Assembly: GCF_001194135.2 (NCBI RefSeq)
Contig: NC_069003.1
Location: 19,734,795 to 19,798,794, forward strand
Direction: 5' to 3'
From: Octopus bimaculoides
Taxonomy: Eukaryota
DNA length: 64,000 bases
Shown: positions 24,095 through 36,545 of the stretch, piece by piece
Numbering within the stretch: position 1 is the first letter of the stretch
Layout of the letters: each line of letters opens with the position of its first letter
Notes under the pieces: model-generated
The model's database searches: none
What the model was told of the DNA's origin: nothing
What the model saw: the letters and a program-made list of their open reading frames with translations, nothing else
Made by a program: the position numbers and the translations under genes

Positions 24095-24340
24095 TTAACA
24101 AATAGAGACAGCAAGACAGATTGAGAGATACACAGACTTATGGACAGACATAAAGGCCTCTATTAGATAAAAAATATTTCCACTAGATCAGCACAAATTC
24201 AGAGGACGAATATATTACAACAGTCTACATCATACATATTACTCAAATAACATACATCAAGACACACACACTTGTATGTACACACACATACTCATAACAC
24301 ACATTCTCTCACACAGGGTCTACCACTCAAATTCCCATTT
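24095..24340 (+). repeat. About 250-bp dispersed direct repeat, copy 2
   Basis: Matches 18795-19040 in the same orientation. Confidence 0.85.
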
Positions 24341-26654
24341 TAAAAAAACACACACACACACACTAACACATGCATGTGTGTTGAAACTGAAGCATTTAAG
24401 ATGAACGATTTTTAACCATCTAAACCAAGGGTTGGTGGACTTATATCACTGAGCCCTTTGTTGAATCATTGATAACTTATAAAATAAAATTAAAATGTAT
24501 AATTAATAAAAAAAAATTTCTTGATTTAAAAGTAGTAACTCTTTCATTCTTTTGTGTCATTACTGCTTTATAACAGGAACTATTTACAGAAGAGAAATTT
24601 ATTTCTTACTGCTACATGCACAGAGCCTGAAATATTGGGAGATGGGGGGGGGGATAGTTGATTTACATTGACCCCACTCCTCTACTGGTACTTATCTTAT
24701 TAAACCTGAAAGGATGAAAGGCAAAGTTGACCTTCACAACATTTGAACTCAGAACATAAAACTGGAAGAAATACAGCAAAGTATTTTTGTTCAGCTGGAA
24801 AATATCTCATGAACTTGATAAAAAACAATGAAAATTCAGTGCTGTTATATTGACATAGTTGGTGAACACTAGTTATTGTTGCATTGATATTTGGCTGGAA
24901 ATTAGTGAGTTTTAGCCTTAAATTACCCATGCCCATCCAAATACAGTTTGTGAATAATTCAGCACCCTTAAAACTCAAAATTGTTTCTGATGTTTATTGA
25001 CCCCCTTGGATAACCATATAAAGCCCAATACCAATGGCTTTGCTGATCCTTGATCTAAACACACACAAAACCTGTTGAAATACATTTTTATTTATTTCTT
25101 GAGATGTTGAAATTTTCATTACACACCTGTAACCCGGTCAGGCACAGTTCCATTATAATTCAGTTTCATTTTAATTTTCTTTCTATCATCATCTTTGTCA
25201 TTATTTAACATCCACTTTGCCAATCTTGCATGGGCCAGACGGAGTTTGTTGAGGCAGATTTTCAACAGCTGTATGCCCTTCTTGTTACCAAACTTCACCT
25301 GTTTCCAAGCAAGGCAATATTTCCCATGGCCAGACATGCTTTTCATGGAAGACTGGAAATGAACAACATTATTTGTATGACGGTGATGCTTTATCATTCT
25401 AACTTGTTTCAGTCATTAGACAGCAGCCATGATGTGGCACTGCCTTCAATTTTTAATTGAATGAAATGACCTCAGTACTTATTCTTTTTATTTTTTAAGC
25501 CTGGTACTTATTCTATCGGTCTCTTTGCTGAACTGCTAGGTTATGGGGGATAAACACAGACGCAAAGACACACACATACAACAAGCTTCTTTCAGTTTCT
25601 TTCAACCAAATCCATTCACAAAGCCTTGGTCAGCCTGAGGCTAAAGGAGAAGACATATGTCGAAAATGCCATGCAGTGGGACTGAACCCAGAATCATGTG
25701 GTTGGAAAACAAGCTCCTTACCACATAGCCGCATGATATCAAGACAAGGGTTCACACAAACACACACGATGGGCCTCATTCAGTTTCCATCTACCAGATC
25801 CACTCACAAGGTTTTAGTCAAATTGAGGTTATTTGTAAAAGTCACTTGCACAAGGTACTAAACAGTGAGATTGAACTGAAGACCACATGCTTGGGAAGCA
25901 AACTTCTCAATCACACACTCATACCTATAGCAGCACAAATCTGATGTTATATTGGAATTTATGGCAGTGAATTGTTAAAAAATAGTGGATCTGTTCCTTG
26001 ACATTCTGACACTGACTTCATACTTCATTAAAATTCATCTCACTGGAAATTAAGTAAATAAGTACAAATAATTACATTTGTAGGTGATTGAGAGAGTTGA
26101 TAATGCCCGAGGAAGACAAAACTTTGGAACCAGAAAACTGAAAGGAAGAAACAGTCAGAGAAGAACAGAGAGAGATGTTCAATTGCCTTACTATTTGGCT
26201 GCAGCCCCAATAACATTCTAAGTTGTGCGGAGGTCTATGATTGCTGATACCTGTAGGTACAGTACATGAAGTAGAATAATATGTTTGCATTTTAGTAGGG
26301 AAAAAATTTGTACTTTCATCCTGTCCTTTGATCATACTTTCTTATCCCTCAATATTATACACCACTAAGCTGAGGGTTTTTGTCTTGTGGGTACTTAGTG
26401 ACCTCACCAGTGCTGTGAAGTCATTGATGATAAGAGCATCCAGCTGGAGAAACCATGTCAAGGCAGACAATATAGCTCAGCACAGCCCTTTGGTTCATTT
26501 GTTCATGCTAGCAGGAAAAAAAAAGGGATGTTAAATGATGATGATGATCCTATATATAAAAATGATTCTTGTTTAGTTTCAAGTCAGCTAAATCAAAAGT
26601 GTTTCCGCCATGACTAAGCCATCTTTTTTTTTTATATCATTAGGATTATCCAAT

Positions 26655-26890
26655 ATGGTGTCATACACATATGGCATAGTGGTGCTGCTGCTGCAAATAC
26701 ACACCCTAAATGGGTTCCAGAGAAAATCCACTCAACTGATTGGTATAAAAATCTCTCACAGCCACCCTCCAGCTGTTGGCAGGTATCAGCAATCATGGAC
26801 CTCCACACCACTTAGAATGTTATTGGGACTGTGTTTCTGCAGCCAAATAGTAAGGCAATTGAGCATCTTCTCTCTCTGTTCTTCACACTA
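26655..26890 (+). mobile_element. Old CR1/L2-clade LINE 3' remnant; about 90-100 bp recurs inverted at 26161-26252
   Basis: HIW..AAA..HTLNGFQRKSTQLIG resembles the CR1-clade HIWxGAA..LDxIQRKAxRLIG pattern. 26781-26883 is approximately the reverse complement of 26161-26252. Confidence 0.55.
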
Positions 26891-27839
26891 TTGACCTCTA
26901 GGTGTGGTGTCTTTTCTACCACTACTTCATTACTATAATTAACAACCTATGTTCCTTAGGACTGCTTGATTGGTTTCATTTCACCTCCACCCGAGTACTC
27001 CCAATTCGCTCATCTCTTCTCCTCCCCTCACCCATATTGTTGAAATGTGTCACAGTAACCATTGCACCTAGTCCTTTCTTCCTACAATGTTATCAGCAAC
27101 TCTTCAAGTAAGACATTAACAACATCAATCACACCAGCCTCAGACAGTTTGTTTAGTTTACAAGCACTGCCCCTTCCTCCAGACACAGTAAGATATTTCA
27201 AAATATCCACCACTGCATAGGATGACCAAGTTGAAAGAAGTCAATGATTCAAACTGATTATTTTGTGGGTACAGATGTAGCTATGAGGTTGAGAAGTTTA
27301 CTTGGCAACCACCAGGTGTGAAGTTCATCTCACTGCAGAGAACATTCATCTTTTACTTATTTCAGTCACTGAACTGCAATTAAGATGGGATACCAACTTG
27401 AAGGGTTTGGTCAAACAGATCAACTCTAGGATTTAGTTTTTTAAAGTTTGGTATTCATTCAATCAGTCTCTTTTGTTGAACTGCTAAGTTACAGGGACAT
27501 AACAAACTAACATCAGCTGTCAGGTGAGGGTGGAGCAACTACAAAGACACGGGTTTCTTTCAGTTTACGTGTATCATATCTGCTCACAAAGCAGTAGTAG
27601 AAGACACTTGCCCAAGGTGCCATGTAGTGGGACTGAACCCAGAATGATGTGGTGGGGAAGCAAAATTCTAACCGCACAACCATGCCTGGGAGTTTTCAGG
27701 TTTTTTAAAACATAGTTATGAGAGTGTTATTTGAAAGAATGAACTGTACATATGTAGTGTGTGTGGGGGGGGGGGGCGGTTCATGTAAGTGTAGATATTT
27801 TTCTGAAAACATCAGTGAGAAAAGAGAAAAGCCAGTGTT

Positions 27840-28439
27840 ATCAAATAAAAATACCCTTTGCAATGTCTATACACAACCACGGTGTTATAGATGCACTAGA
27901 GAATTCGCCCGTTGGAAACTAGTAACCAATGACGTTACGGATAACATTAAAAAAATTAACGCTACAAAATACCTTCTATTATAAGCACAAGGCCTGAAAT
28001 TTTAGGGGAGTGGCTAATACATCGACTACAATGCTTATATTATCGACATCGAAGGAATGAAAGGCAACGTCGAGCCAGAATAATTTGAACTCTGAACATA
28101 AAACTGTAAGAAATGCTGCAAAGTATTTCGTCCGGTGTGGTAAAAATAAAAAAAAATTATCAACACCTTATATATATATATATATATATATTATATCTAT
28201 GACAGAAACATAATATTAATTAGATATAAACTTATTTATCAGGGGCAGAAAGTGCAGGACGATGTATATACGTCTGTACATACAACCAGACAAATTATTT
28301 TAAATAGATGAATAGTGGGGAAAATGCAGTTACTTCCCCTGACCATATTTATCTTATTTGCAAAGTATCAAAAAATCCTTCCAAGAAAATTTTGAATTAC
28401 AGTTTACGACGTCGACGACGATGATCATCACCATCATCA

Positions 28440-28480
<41 letters not shown>

Positions 28481-28900
28481 TGCACTCTCAGTACACCTGT
28501 AAATAGTTATTAACATCCAAGTAAATCACTAAGTTATTTGGTAATGGAGTTAATAGAAGAGTAATTTCCCTTGTACTGACGGTCTATGCTAAAGGCACAA
28601 GGCCAGCAATCGGCGAACCGGTAGAATCGTTTGTCGGTCTAAGTTATGAATTCAAATACTGCCCAGGTCGACTTTATCTTCCATCGTTTAGGGGTGAATA
28701 AAATAAAGAACCCGCTAGGTGCAGGGATCGATGCAATCGACTAATCCTTCCCCTTGAAATTGCTGGCCCTGTGCCAAAATTTGAAACTACTATTCACATT
28801 AGAAATATTTATTGCACACCTTCGTCGTCTGAATGACATGTTTGCGGTGTGATGGGTATTTTTAAAGTAGGAAAGGGAATCGATCGAAATCGAAACAATT
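27840..28900. promoter_or_regulatory. CpG-preserving island, candidate internal or alternative promoter or enhancer
   Basis: By hand count there are about 37 CpG in about 1.08 kb, against about 6 per kb at 1-1000 and 16001-17000. A CCAAT (27926-27930) overlaps a TGACGT (27930-27935). Confidence 0.5.
28611..28790 (+). mobile_element. tRNA-headed SINE family B retaining CpGs
   Basis: cggcgaaccggtagaatcgtt...gaattcaaat...ggtcgacttt...aaaatttgaaact; same family as 55121-55332 and 57977-58183. Confidence 0.75.
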
Positions 28901-30372
28901 TTTCATAGTACAGTGTTGATATTTCATAGATTTTCAACCCTGGAAAGATAAGAGGCAATATGATACTGAAAGAAACTAGAAACTACACTGGCTGTGCCTA
29001 ACAATTTTGTTAGCTCAATATTTCCTTTCACTGAATCTTGTCTTATAAAAGGTCCCTCCCTCATCATATTTAGGAGAGACAGAGAATAAATAAAATAAAG
29101 AACCAAACAGGTTAATTTCTAATAGTTTATAATTCATATTTTCTTATATTATCCCATCCAGCATGTGCCTCCTTTTAGATATTTATTTGGACTGGGGCCC
29201 CTGTATTGAATGTTTTTGGAAAAAATTAATGGCGGCAAAGATTTACATAATTATATTGGACCTTGGTACATTGTCAGTCATGCTTTTACGTACTGTGAAC
29301 ACATTACCCTATTCAATTTCTAAACTTCCAAGAAAAATCATGACTCCTCTAAAACTTCCGACACCCTTCTTAGCACTTTCTTGTCATCTGCTGCTCTCTT
29401 TTCAGTTCATAGTGCCAACAAAGGCATGGCACCACCCAGCTTATTTACAACTACTTTAGACCTGATTAAATAATGCAAGGCACATTTTTTTTTAACTTAG
29501 TACTAACATTTTTGCCAAACTTATAACCTTAATACGGATATATAACCTTGTTTTCCTATCCACAGTGTTTACATTTGGCTATTATACTCAGTGCTGCCTA
29601 AAAATCTATAAATATATCCTGTGATACAATGCAGTATTGAAACAATATACTTAACTCACCAGAAATTTATTGAATCATCATCATTATCAACATTTAACAT
29701 CCGTTTTCCATTCTGGTATGGGCTGGAAGACTTGACAGGAACTGGTAAGACTAGGGGCTGCACCAGGTTCCATAGTTTGTTTTGACATGATTTCTAAGAC
29801 TGGATGCCATTCCTAATGCCAACCGCTTTACAGAGTGTAGTGGGTGCTTTTTATGAGGCACCATCAGCAGTGCTTTTTATGTGGCACCAATACCAATGCT
29901 TTTTACATGGCACTTTGGTTTTAGGATTTAAATTCTGTTGTGGTGGACAAGCCTTCTCAAGTACAACAATGTGCTTCTTTTTTGGAATGGTGAATGTTGA
30001 AGCCAGCAAATAAATATTGAGATAAAAAGTCCTTTGGATAAGGTTTTTTAGCTCAATGTTTACATGCTATTATTGAGAGCTTCATCTGCTTTGAGATTCA
30101 CATTTACCCAGCAAAAATTATTTCATATTTCATAGCTTACAAATTCTTATTGAATAATATAGACCTAGATACACTGAGTGAAAATCAAATGGCATGGTAT
30201 TGTCATGGCTGGAACAATATGATCATGGGTCTGTTTGATCAAACCTGGACCCAGAGCTAAAGTACAAATGTTTTATAACAAATGCTGAAAATATGGAACA
30301 AACAAACAGTTTAGAGTGCATCACTGGTACTCTTAGAATATATACACTAAAGACATTCAGGATGTATCAGTA

Positions 30373-30429
<57 letters not shown>

Positions 30430-30443
30430 CTATCTATCTATCT

Positions 30444-30625
30444 GAGTTCAGGACATTTTCTCGCCCATGGACAATAACAACACCAAGGGACTTAAGGACA
30501 ACAGATGATGGTTTAAAACTTCTTAATATATTAGAGAGGGGGTAATTAACCAAGTGGGGTAATTGTCCAAGGTTGTAGTTGTCGTCGGGGGAAATTGTCC
30601 TATGGGGAGTAATTGTCCTGATACG
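30444..30625. mobile_element. Small foldback/MITE with repeated GGGxAATTGTCC subterminal motifs
   Basis: GGGGTAATTGTCC 30556-30568, GGGGGAAATTGTCC 30587-30600 and GGGAGTAATTGTCC 30605-30618 face inverse GGACA(T/A)T motifs at 30451-30475. The ends are TCAGGACA and TGTCCTGA. Confidence 0.5.
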
Positions 30626-30632
30626 ATTTATA

Positions 30633-31523
30633 CATGCGGACTGATCAATAAGTATCCGGACTGTTGCCATAGTAACAAAGCTAAAGCAGCAGAGTGAAGT
30701 TGCTTGGCACAGATTGACCTTGAACTCTGCTGTGTATGCGCACTAAGTTTTAACATTCTAGCTCACTTCCGCTGTTTACAGCAGTGCTTAGAAGGAAGGT
30801 GTGGAGCGTGTGATCATCACATTGAGTATGACAGAGAAAGTTGAGCAGAGAATCTGCATCAAATTTTGCCAAAAGCTTGATGATACCTGCTCAAAGACCT
30901 ATGCAAAGTTTACAAAATGTTTTAATCGTTCTTAACACAATCAAGGTGATCTCAACTAAAACCTGAATGTCTCTTTGGTCACCTAAAAACAGTTTTCGCA
31001 GAAACTTAGCAAACACGCATCTCACACCCAAATCTTCAGTGATAATGGACTGAACTGAATGGTAACTAATCTACACATCCTCTGATAACTCACAGATGGT
31101 GATTCAATGATTTCCTCTCACAGCTGCATGCACATCTGCAATGTTTTTCTCAGTTCTGCTGGCTGCAGGTCTTCCTGAACATTCATCAATATCAACATTT
31201 TTTTGGCAATCTTAGAAATGTATGAACCACTCGGACACTTGTATGCAGCTCATACACTCCTCCCCATACATTTTCTGCAACTTTGCGTAGGCCTCTGAGC
31301 AGGTATCACCATGACAACCATCTCTGTCATGGTCAATGTGACAATCACATGCTACACACCTTCCTTCCAAGCACTGCTATAAACAATGGAAGTGAGCTAG
31401 AACGTTAAAACTTAGTGTGCATGCACAACAGAGTTCAATGTCAATCTTTGCCAAGCAACTTCACTCTGCTGCTTTAGCTTTGTTACTATGGCAACAATCC
31501 GGATATTTATTGATCAGACCTTG
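30633..31523. mobile_element. Non-autonomous mariner built from two inverted 5' ends
   Basis: About 200-bp arms (30633-30835 and about 31315-31523) begin (gg)actgatcaataag and end ttattgatcagacc. The plus arm encodes MTEKVEQRICIKFCQKLDDTCSKTYAK. The minus arm carries a longer N-terminal remnant (DTCSEAYAKLQKMYGEECM). Confidence 0.85.
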
Positions 31524-31540
31524 TGTGTGTGTGTGTGTGT

Positions 31541-32868
31541 ATAACAACTTCTATCTCATTCCAGGGTGAAAAACTAGAGGTAGTCGATAGCTTCCGCTAT
31601 CTGGGCGACCAAGTTAGTAGTGGGGGTGGGTGCGCTGAAAGTGTAGCTGCTAGAATAAGAATAGCCTGGGCAAAGTTTAGAGAGCTCTTACCCCTGCTGG
31701 CGACAAAGGGACTCTCACTCAGAGTAAAAGGCAGACTGTATGACGCATGCATACGAACAGCCATGCTACATGGCAGTGAAACATGGGCNNNNNNNNNNNN
31801 NNNNNNNNNNNNNNNNNNNNNNNNNNNNNNNNNNNNNNNNNNNNNNNNNNNNNNNNNNNNNNNNNNNNNNNNNNNNNNNNNNNNNNNNNNNNNNNNNNNN
31901 NNNNNNNNNNNNNNNNNNNNNNNNNNNNNNNNNNNNNNNNNNNNNNNNNNNNNNNNNNNNNNNNNNNNNNNNNNNNNNNNNNNNNNNNNNNNNNNNNNNN
32001 NNNNNNNNNNNNNNNNNNNNNNNNNNNNNNNNNNNNNNNNNNNNNNNNNNNNNNNNNNNNNNNNNNNNNNNNNNNNNNNNNNNNNNNNNNNNNNNNNNNN
32101 NNNNNNNNNNNNNNNNNNNNNNNNNNNNNNNNNNNNNNNNNNNNNNNNNNNNNNNNNNNNNNNNNNNNNNNNNNNNNNNNNNNNNNNNNNNNNNNNNNNN
32201 NNNNNNNNNNNNNNNNNNNNNNNNNNNNNNNNNNNNNNNNNNNNNNNNNNNNNNNNNNNNNNNNNNNNNNNNNNNNNNNNNNNNNNNNNNNNNNNNNNNN
32301 NNNNNNNNNNNNNNNNNNNNNNNNNNNNNNNNNNNNNNNNNNNNNNNNNNNNNNNNNNNNNNNNNNNNNNNNNNNNNNNNNNNNNNNNNNNNNNNNNNNN
32401 NNNNNNNNNNNNNNNNNNNNNNNNNNNNNNNNNNNNNNNNNNNNNNNNNNNNNNNNNNNNNNNNNNNNNNNNNNNNNNNNNNNNNNNNNNNNNNNNNNNN
32501 NNNNNNNNNNNNNNNNNNNNNNNNNNNNNNNNNNNNNNNNNNNNNNNNNNNNNNNNNNNNNNNNNNNNNNNNNNNNNNNNNNNNNNNNNNNNNNNNNNNN
32601 NNNNNNNNNNNNNNNNNNNNNNNNNNNNNNNNNNNNNNNNNNNNNNNNNNNNNNNNNNNNNNNNNNNNNNNNNNNNNNNNNNNNNNNNNNNNNNNNNNNN
32701 NNNNNNNNNNNNNNNNNNNNNNNNNNNNNNNNNNNNNNNGCTGTAGAAACTCTGCCAAATTAGATTGGAGCCTGGTGTTGCCATCCGGTTTCACCAGTCC
32801 TCAGTCAAATCGTCCAACCCATGCTAGCATGGAAAGCGGACGTTGAAAGATGATGATGATGATGATGA
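31541..32868 (+). mobile_element. 5'-truncated RTE-clade LINE (centre in gap) ending in (GAT)n
   Basis: Uninterrupted FQGEKLEVVDSFRYLGDQVSSGGGCAESVAARIRIAWAKFRELLPLLATKGLSLRVKGRLYDACIRTAMLHGSETW is a typical RTE post-RT region. After the gap comes the 3' end catgctagcatggaaagcggacgtt plus (GAT)n. Joining both sides into one element is an inference. Confidence 0.85.
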
Positions 32869-32899
32869 TATATATATATATATATATATATATACATTC

Positions 32900-33290
32900 T
32901 GACTCTTTTTTACTCTTTTACTTGTTTCAGTCATTTGACTGCGGTCATGCTGGACCACCGCCTTTAGTCAAGCAAATCGACCCCAGGACATTCTTTGTAA
33001 GCCTAGTACTTATTCTATAGGTCTCTTTTTGCCGAACCGCTATGTTACAGGGATGTAAACACATCAGCATCGGTTGTCAAGCGATGGTGGAGGGGGACAA
33101 ACACAGATACACAAACACACTTACATATATATATATACATATACATATATACGACGGACTTCTTTCAGTTTCCGTCTACCAAAACCACTCACAAGGCTTT
33201 GGCCCGAAAGTAGAAGACACTTTCCCAAGGTGCCACGCAGTGGGACTGAACCCGGAACCATGTGGTTGGTAAGCAACACAGCCACTCCTG
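32900..33290 (-). mobile_element. Young full-length tRNA-headed SINE family A (TGACTGAAACAAGTAAAAGAG tail)
   Basis: The reverse complement runs from the head (accaaccacatggttccgggttcagtcccactgcgtggcaccttggg) to the tail (tgactgaaacaagtaaaagagtaaaaag). CpGs are retained. Confidence 0.85.
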
Positions 33291-33742
33291 CGTCTATATN
33301 NNNNNNNNNNNNNNNNNNNNNNNNNNNNNNNNNNNNNNNNNNNNNNNNNNNNNNNNNNNNNNNNNNNNNNNNNNNNNNNNNNNNNNNNNNNNNNNNNNNN
33401 NNNNNNNNNNNNNNNNNNNNNNNNNATTTATTCACCACTCTATGTTAACATTTCTGTGCCAAACTTATCCAGTGACTGGTCCATTGGATTTAGACGTTTG
33501 GCACTTCTTCAGGAGTAGTTGAATAAAGTTGACACACTCAGTTGTATATATCAGTTGAATAAAGTTAAAACATGGTCTGGTTTCCATGTTTTTTTCATTA
33601 CAGTATTAAAAAAATATATTTTGTAATGGTCATAAAGTTAAATTAGCACTTTCATACATAGAATATAGATAGATAGATAGACAGACAGACAGATATATAA
33701 GCCCCTTCAGTCATGAATGACCATGAGATTGCACCTAGAAAA

Positions 33743-34032
33743 CAGGGCTGTGGAGTTGAAATAAAAAACTTTGACTCCAACTCCTCTACTATTGGCACCT
33801 CTGACTCCAACTCCTCTACTATTGGCACCTCTGACTCCAACTCCTCTTTATGTAATTAAGTGATTGTGGTCTACATATCTCATAAAGCATATGCATACGC
33901 TTGTACTTTGAGTAGGCCTATATGTTATAACTGGTTTATATTAAAGAATAAAGATGTCGGAGTTGATATAGTCTTACCGACTACGACTCCAGCTATCCCT
34001 TAATTGTTTCTGACTCCAACTCTAAAGCCCTG
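33743..34032. mobile_element. hAT-type MITE with an 8-bp TSD and internal 30-bp tandem repeats, inserted in a SINE
   Basis: Termini are CAGGGCTGTGGAGTT and CAACTCTAAAGCCCTG. The TSD is CTAGAAAA (33735-33742) and CTAGAAAG (34033-34040). A 30-bp unit repeats about 2.5 times at 33772-33847. Confidence 0.85.
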
Positions 34033-36501
34033 CTAGAAAGTTACCCTCCAAGGTACAGATCCAGACAAGGTGGTTTGTGGAAGACCTTTCCATGCCACTA
34101 GTGTTGTCTAAAAGAAAAGCAAAGGCTGATACAGCTTGGCACCAGTGATTTTGGCAACTCCGTTCTATGGCTGAGTGAACTGCAGCAATGTGAAATAAAG
34201 TGTCTTGCTTAAGAACACAATACCCAGCCCAGTCTAGGAATCAAAGTCACAACCTCACAATTGTAAGTTTGACGTGCTAACCACTGCACCATGCACCTTC
34301 ACACACACACACACACACATACATCAATATTTAATGTCCCCTTTTCCATGCTGGCCATGGGTCTGACAATTCAACATCAACTGACATGAAGGCAACTATG
34401 CCTAACTCCAATGTCTGCTTTGGCTTGGTTTCTACAGCTGAATGCCCTTTCTAATGTAAACCACTTCATATACACATGCTTACACAGACATACATTACAC
34501 ACGTACACACAGGAGAAAAGGAGACAAACAGTTTATTTAGGTTAGCCAGTGACTTTTTCTTAGGAGTTTCTGAAACATGTACTCAGGTCCTAGGACAGGG
34601 GAAGAATAAATACCTTTGATTACATATGGGCACACACACACACACACAGACTTGTGTGTCTAAATTTATAGGAAAAATATAATCATGAACTTAAGGAATT
34701 CAATTCACAACTCGAAAGTTCTAGCTTCGATCCCACTGTACAGTGGGCCAATGCCTTGTGAGTGGAATTTGGTAGATAGGAATTGTGTGAAAGACCAGTG
34801 TGTGTGTATGTGTGTTCATGCATCTGCTTCTATTGGTGTGTTCTATTGCATCCTTTTGTCAAATGATAACTTTACCATCCAATAGAGTTCAATAAAATAA
34901 GTATCATCCTAGGGATGACATGATTCACAAAGAAACTTTTGAAGACAGCCAAATGAATAGAACCAGTAAAAAGAAAACTTCAAATGGACAGAAAGATTTA
35001 AACAGACAGGTAGAGAGAGGGGAGGAGATGAGGGGGCGAAGGGGGAGAAAGAGACAGACAGATAGGTAGATAGATAGGCAGGCAGGTAGATATGTCCATA
35101 GATAGACAGGCAGACAGATTAACAGATAGAGAGCTAGACATACACCCAGGTGGACAAACAGACAGGTATGCAGGCAGATAGACAGAAAGCAGACAAACTG
35201 GCAGACAGTCAGAAAAATAGGCAGACAGAATATAAATGTTAAATTGGGGTTATTATTTCAAAGCAAGTTTAATAACAACAGAACATTTCTTGATGGCATG
35301 AGTAGAGATTCGATACCAAGTGTGGAATCAAATTGATTGTAGACATTTTGGTTGACTAAGACTTTCAAGTTTCGCCTAATGGCTAATTCAGCCAGATAGA
35401 CACACAGCTAAACAGACAGAGGCAGGCATACATACAGACAGACAGAATCAATAAGCAACAGCCTAAAAATCCAGCAGTGAAGCAGAACTAAGGCAGAATA
35501 TTAATATAATAAAGGTGTGTTGAAGACAACAATGGATTTGTGGTAGAACAAAAATACTTCCTTCATGACTCACAACGTTTATACTTTTAGTGCTTTCTGT
35601 TTTCTGACAGTGGTGGTCGTGCTTGGACACAGCTTAAAAGAGTTCCATTTTACATTGATTATATTGATTTGACTATTGTTCTGGGAGATTTTTTTGTTTG
35701 TTTTTGTTACATGCTTGTTTCTGTATGGTTCTCATTGATACTGCTTGAGCAAGTGTGCATCCGTTTGTGTCTCCAGCAAACAATACAACCTGTAACTTGG
35801 TGGCCATTTTTTGTTTCATACAAAGACGAATGGACTGAAAATACACTTCAGTCAATGATAACCAAATAGGAGTTGGCAACAAGGGCATCCAGCCATAGAA
35901 TTACTGTCTCTATCAGTCTCATCCAATCCATGTCGATCATGGAAAAATGCAAACAAAATAATGCAATGATAGCAATGATGATGTTGAGGAGGATGGTAGT
36001 GGTGGCAGCAGTATGGATGGTGGTGATGTTTGTGGTGTTGGTGGTGGTAGTGGCGTAGGTGGTCATGGTGTTGATGATGATGGTGTTGGCAGTGATGTTG
36101 TAGTGTTGATGATGACAATCGTGAAAGTGATGACAGCAATGGTGATGATGATGACAATGAAAATAATGACAACAATGGTGATAATGATGACAATGATGAT
36201 GATTAAACTGAGATTAAGTAAGGCATCAAAACTTAGAAGTGAACAAAAGAACCTTTATGAAATCAGGCTAGAAACAAAAGTCAAATTTCTCTGACTTTAA
36301 AAACTGTAAAAAGAAGAAAAAATACAAGTAATTATCATGACTGGGATATCTCTGATCATAAATCTGCTTGTTCAGAGTAACTATCACCATGAGCATAATA
36401 GTTCAGCCACTGGACCATGTGACATCACAAGTAAAGTAACAACTCACTGGACCAACAAAATATTAGGTTTTCCTGAAGTATGCACCCGTGCATGCACACA
36501 T

Positions 36502-36545
<44 letters not shown>

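Noticed and set aside
31523-32846. Long ORFs (326-407 aa) and other ORFs containing X runs (e.g. 11208-11839, 17971-18533, 41950-42629)
   Set aside because: Their length is an artefact of translating N gaps. Only the 5' RTE peptide is real.
33772-33847. CRISPR-like repeat-spacer pattern (also 58428-58496)
   Set aside because: The units are head-to-tail tandem repeats without unique spacers, in a eukaryotic TE context with no cas genes.
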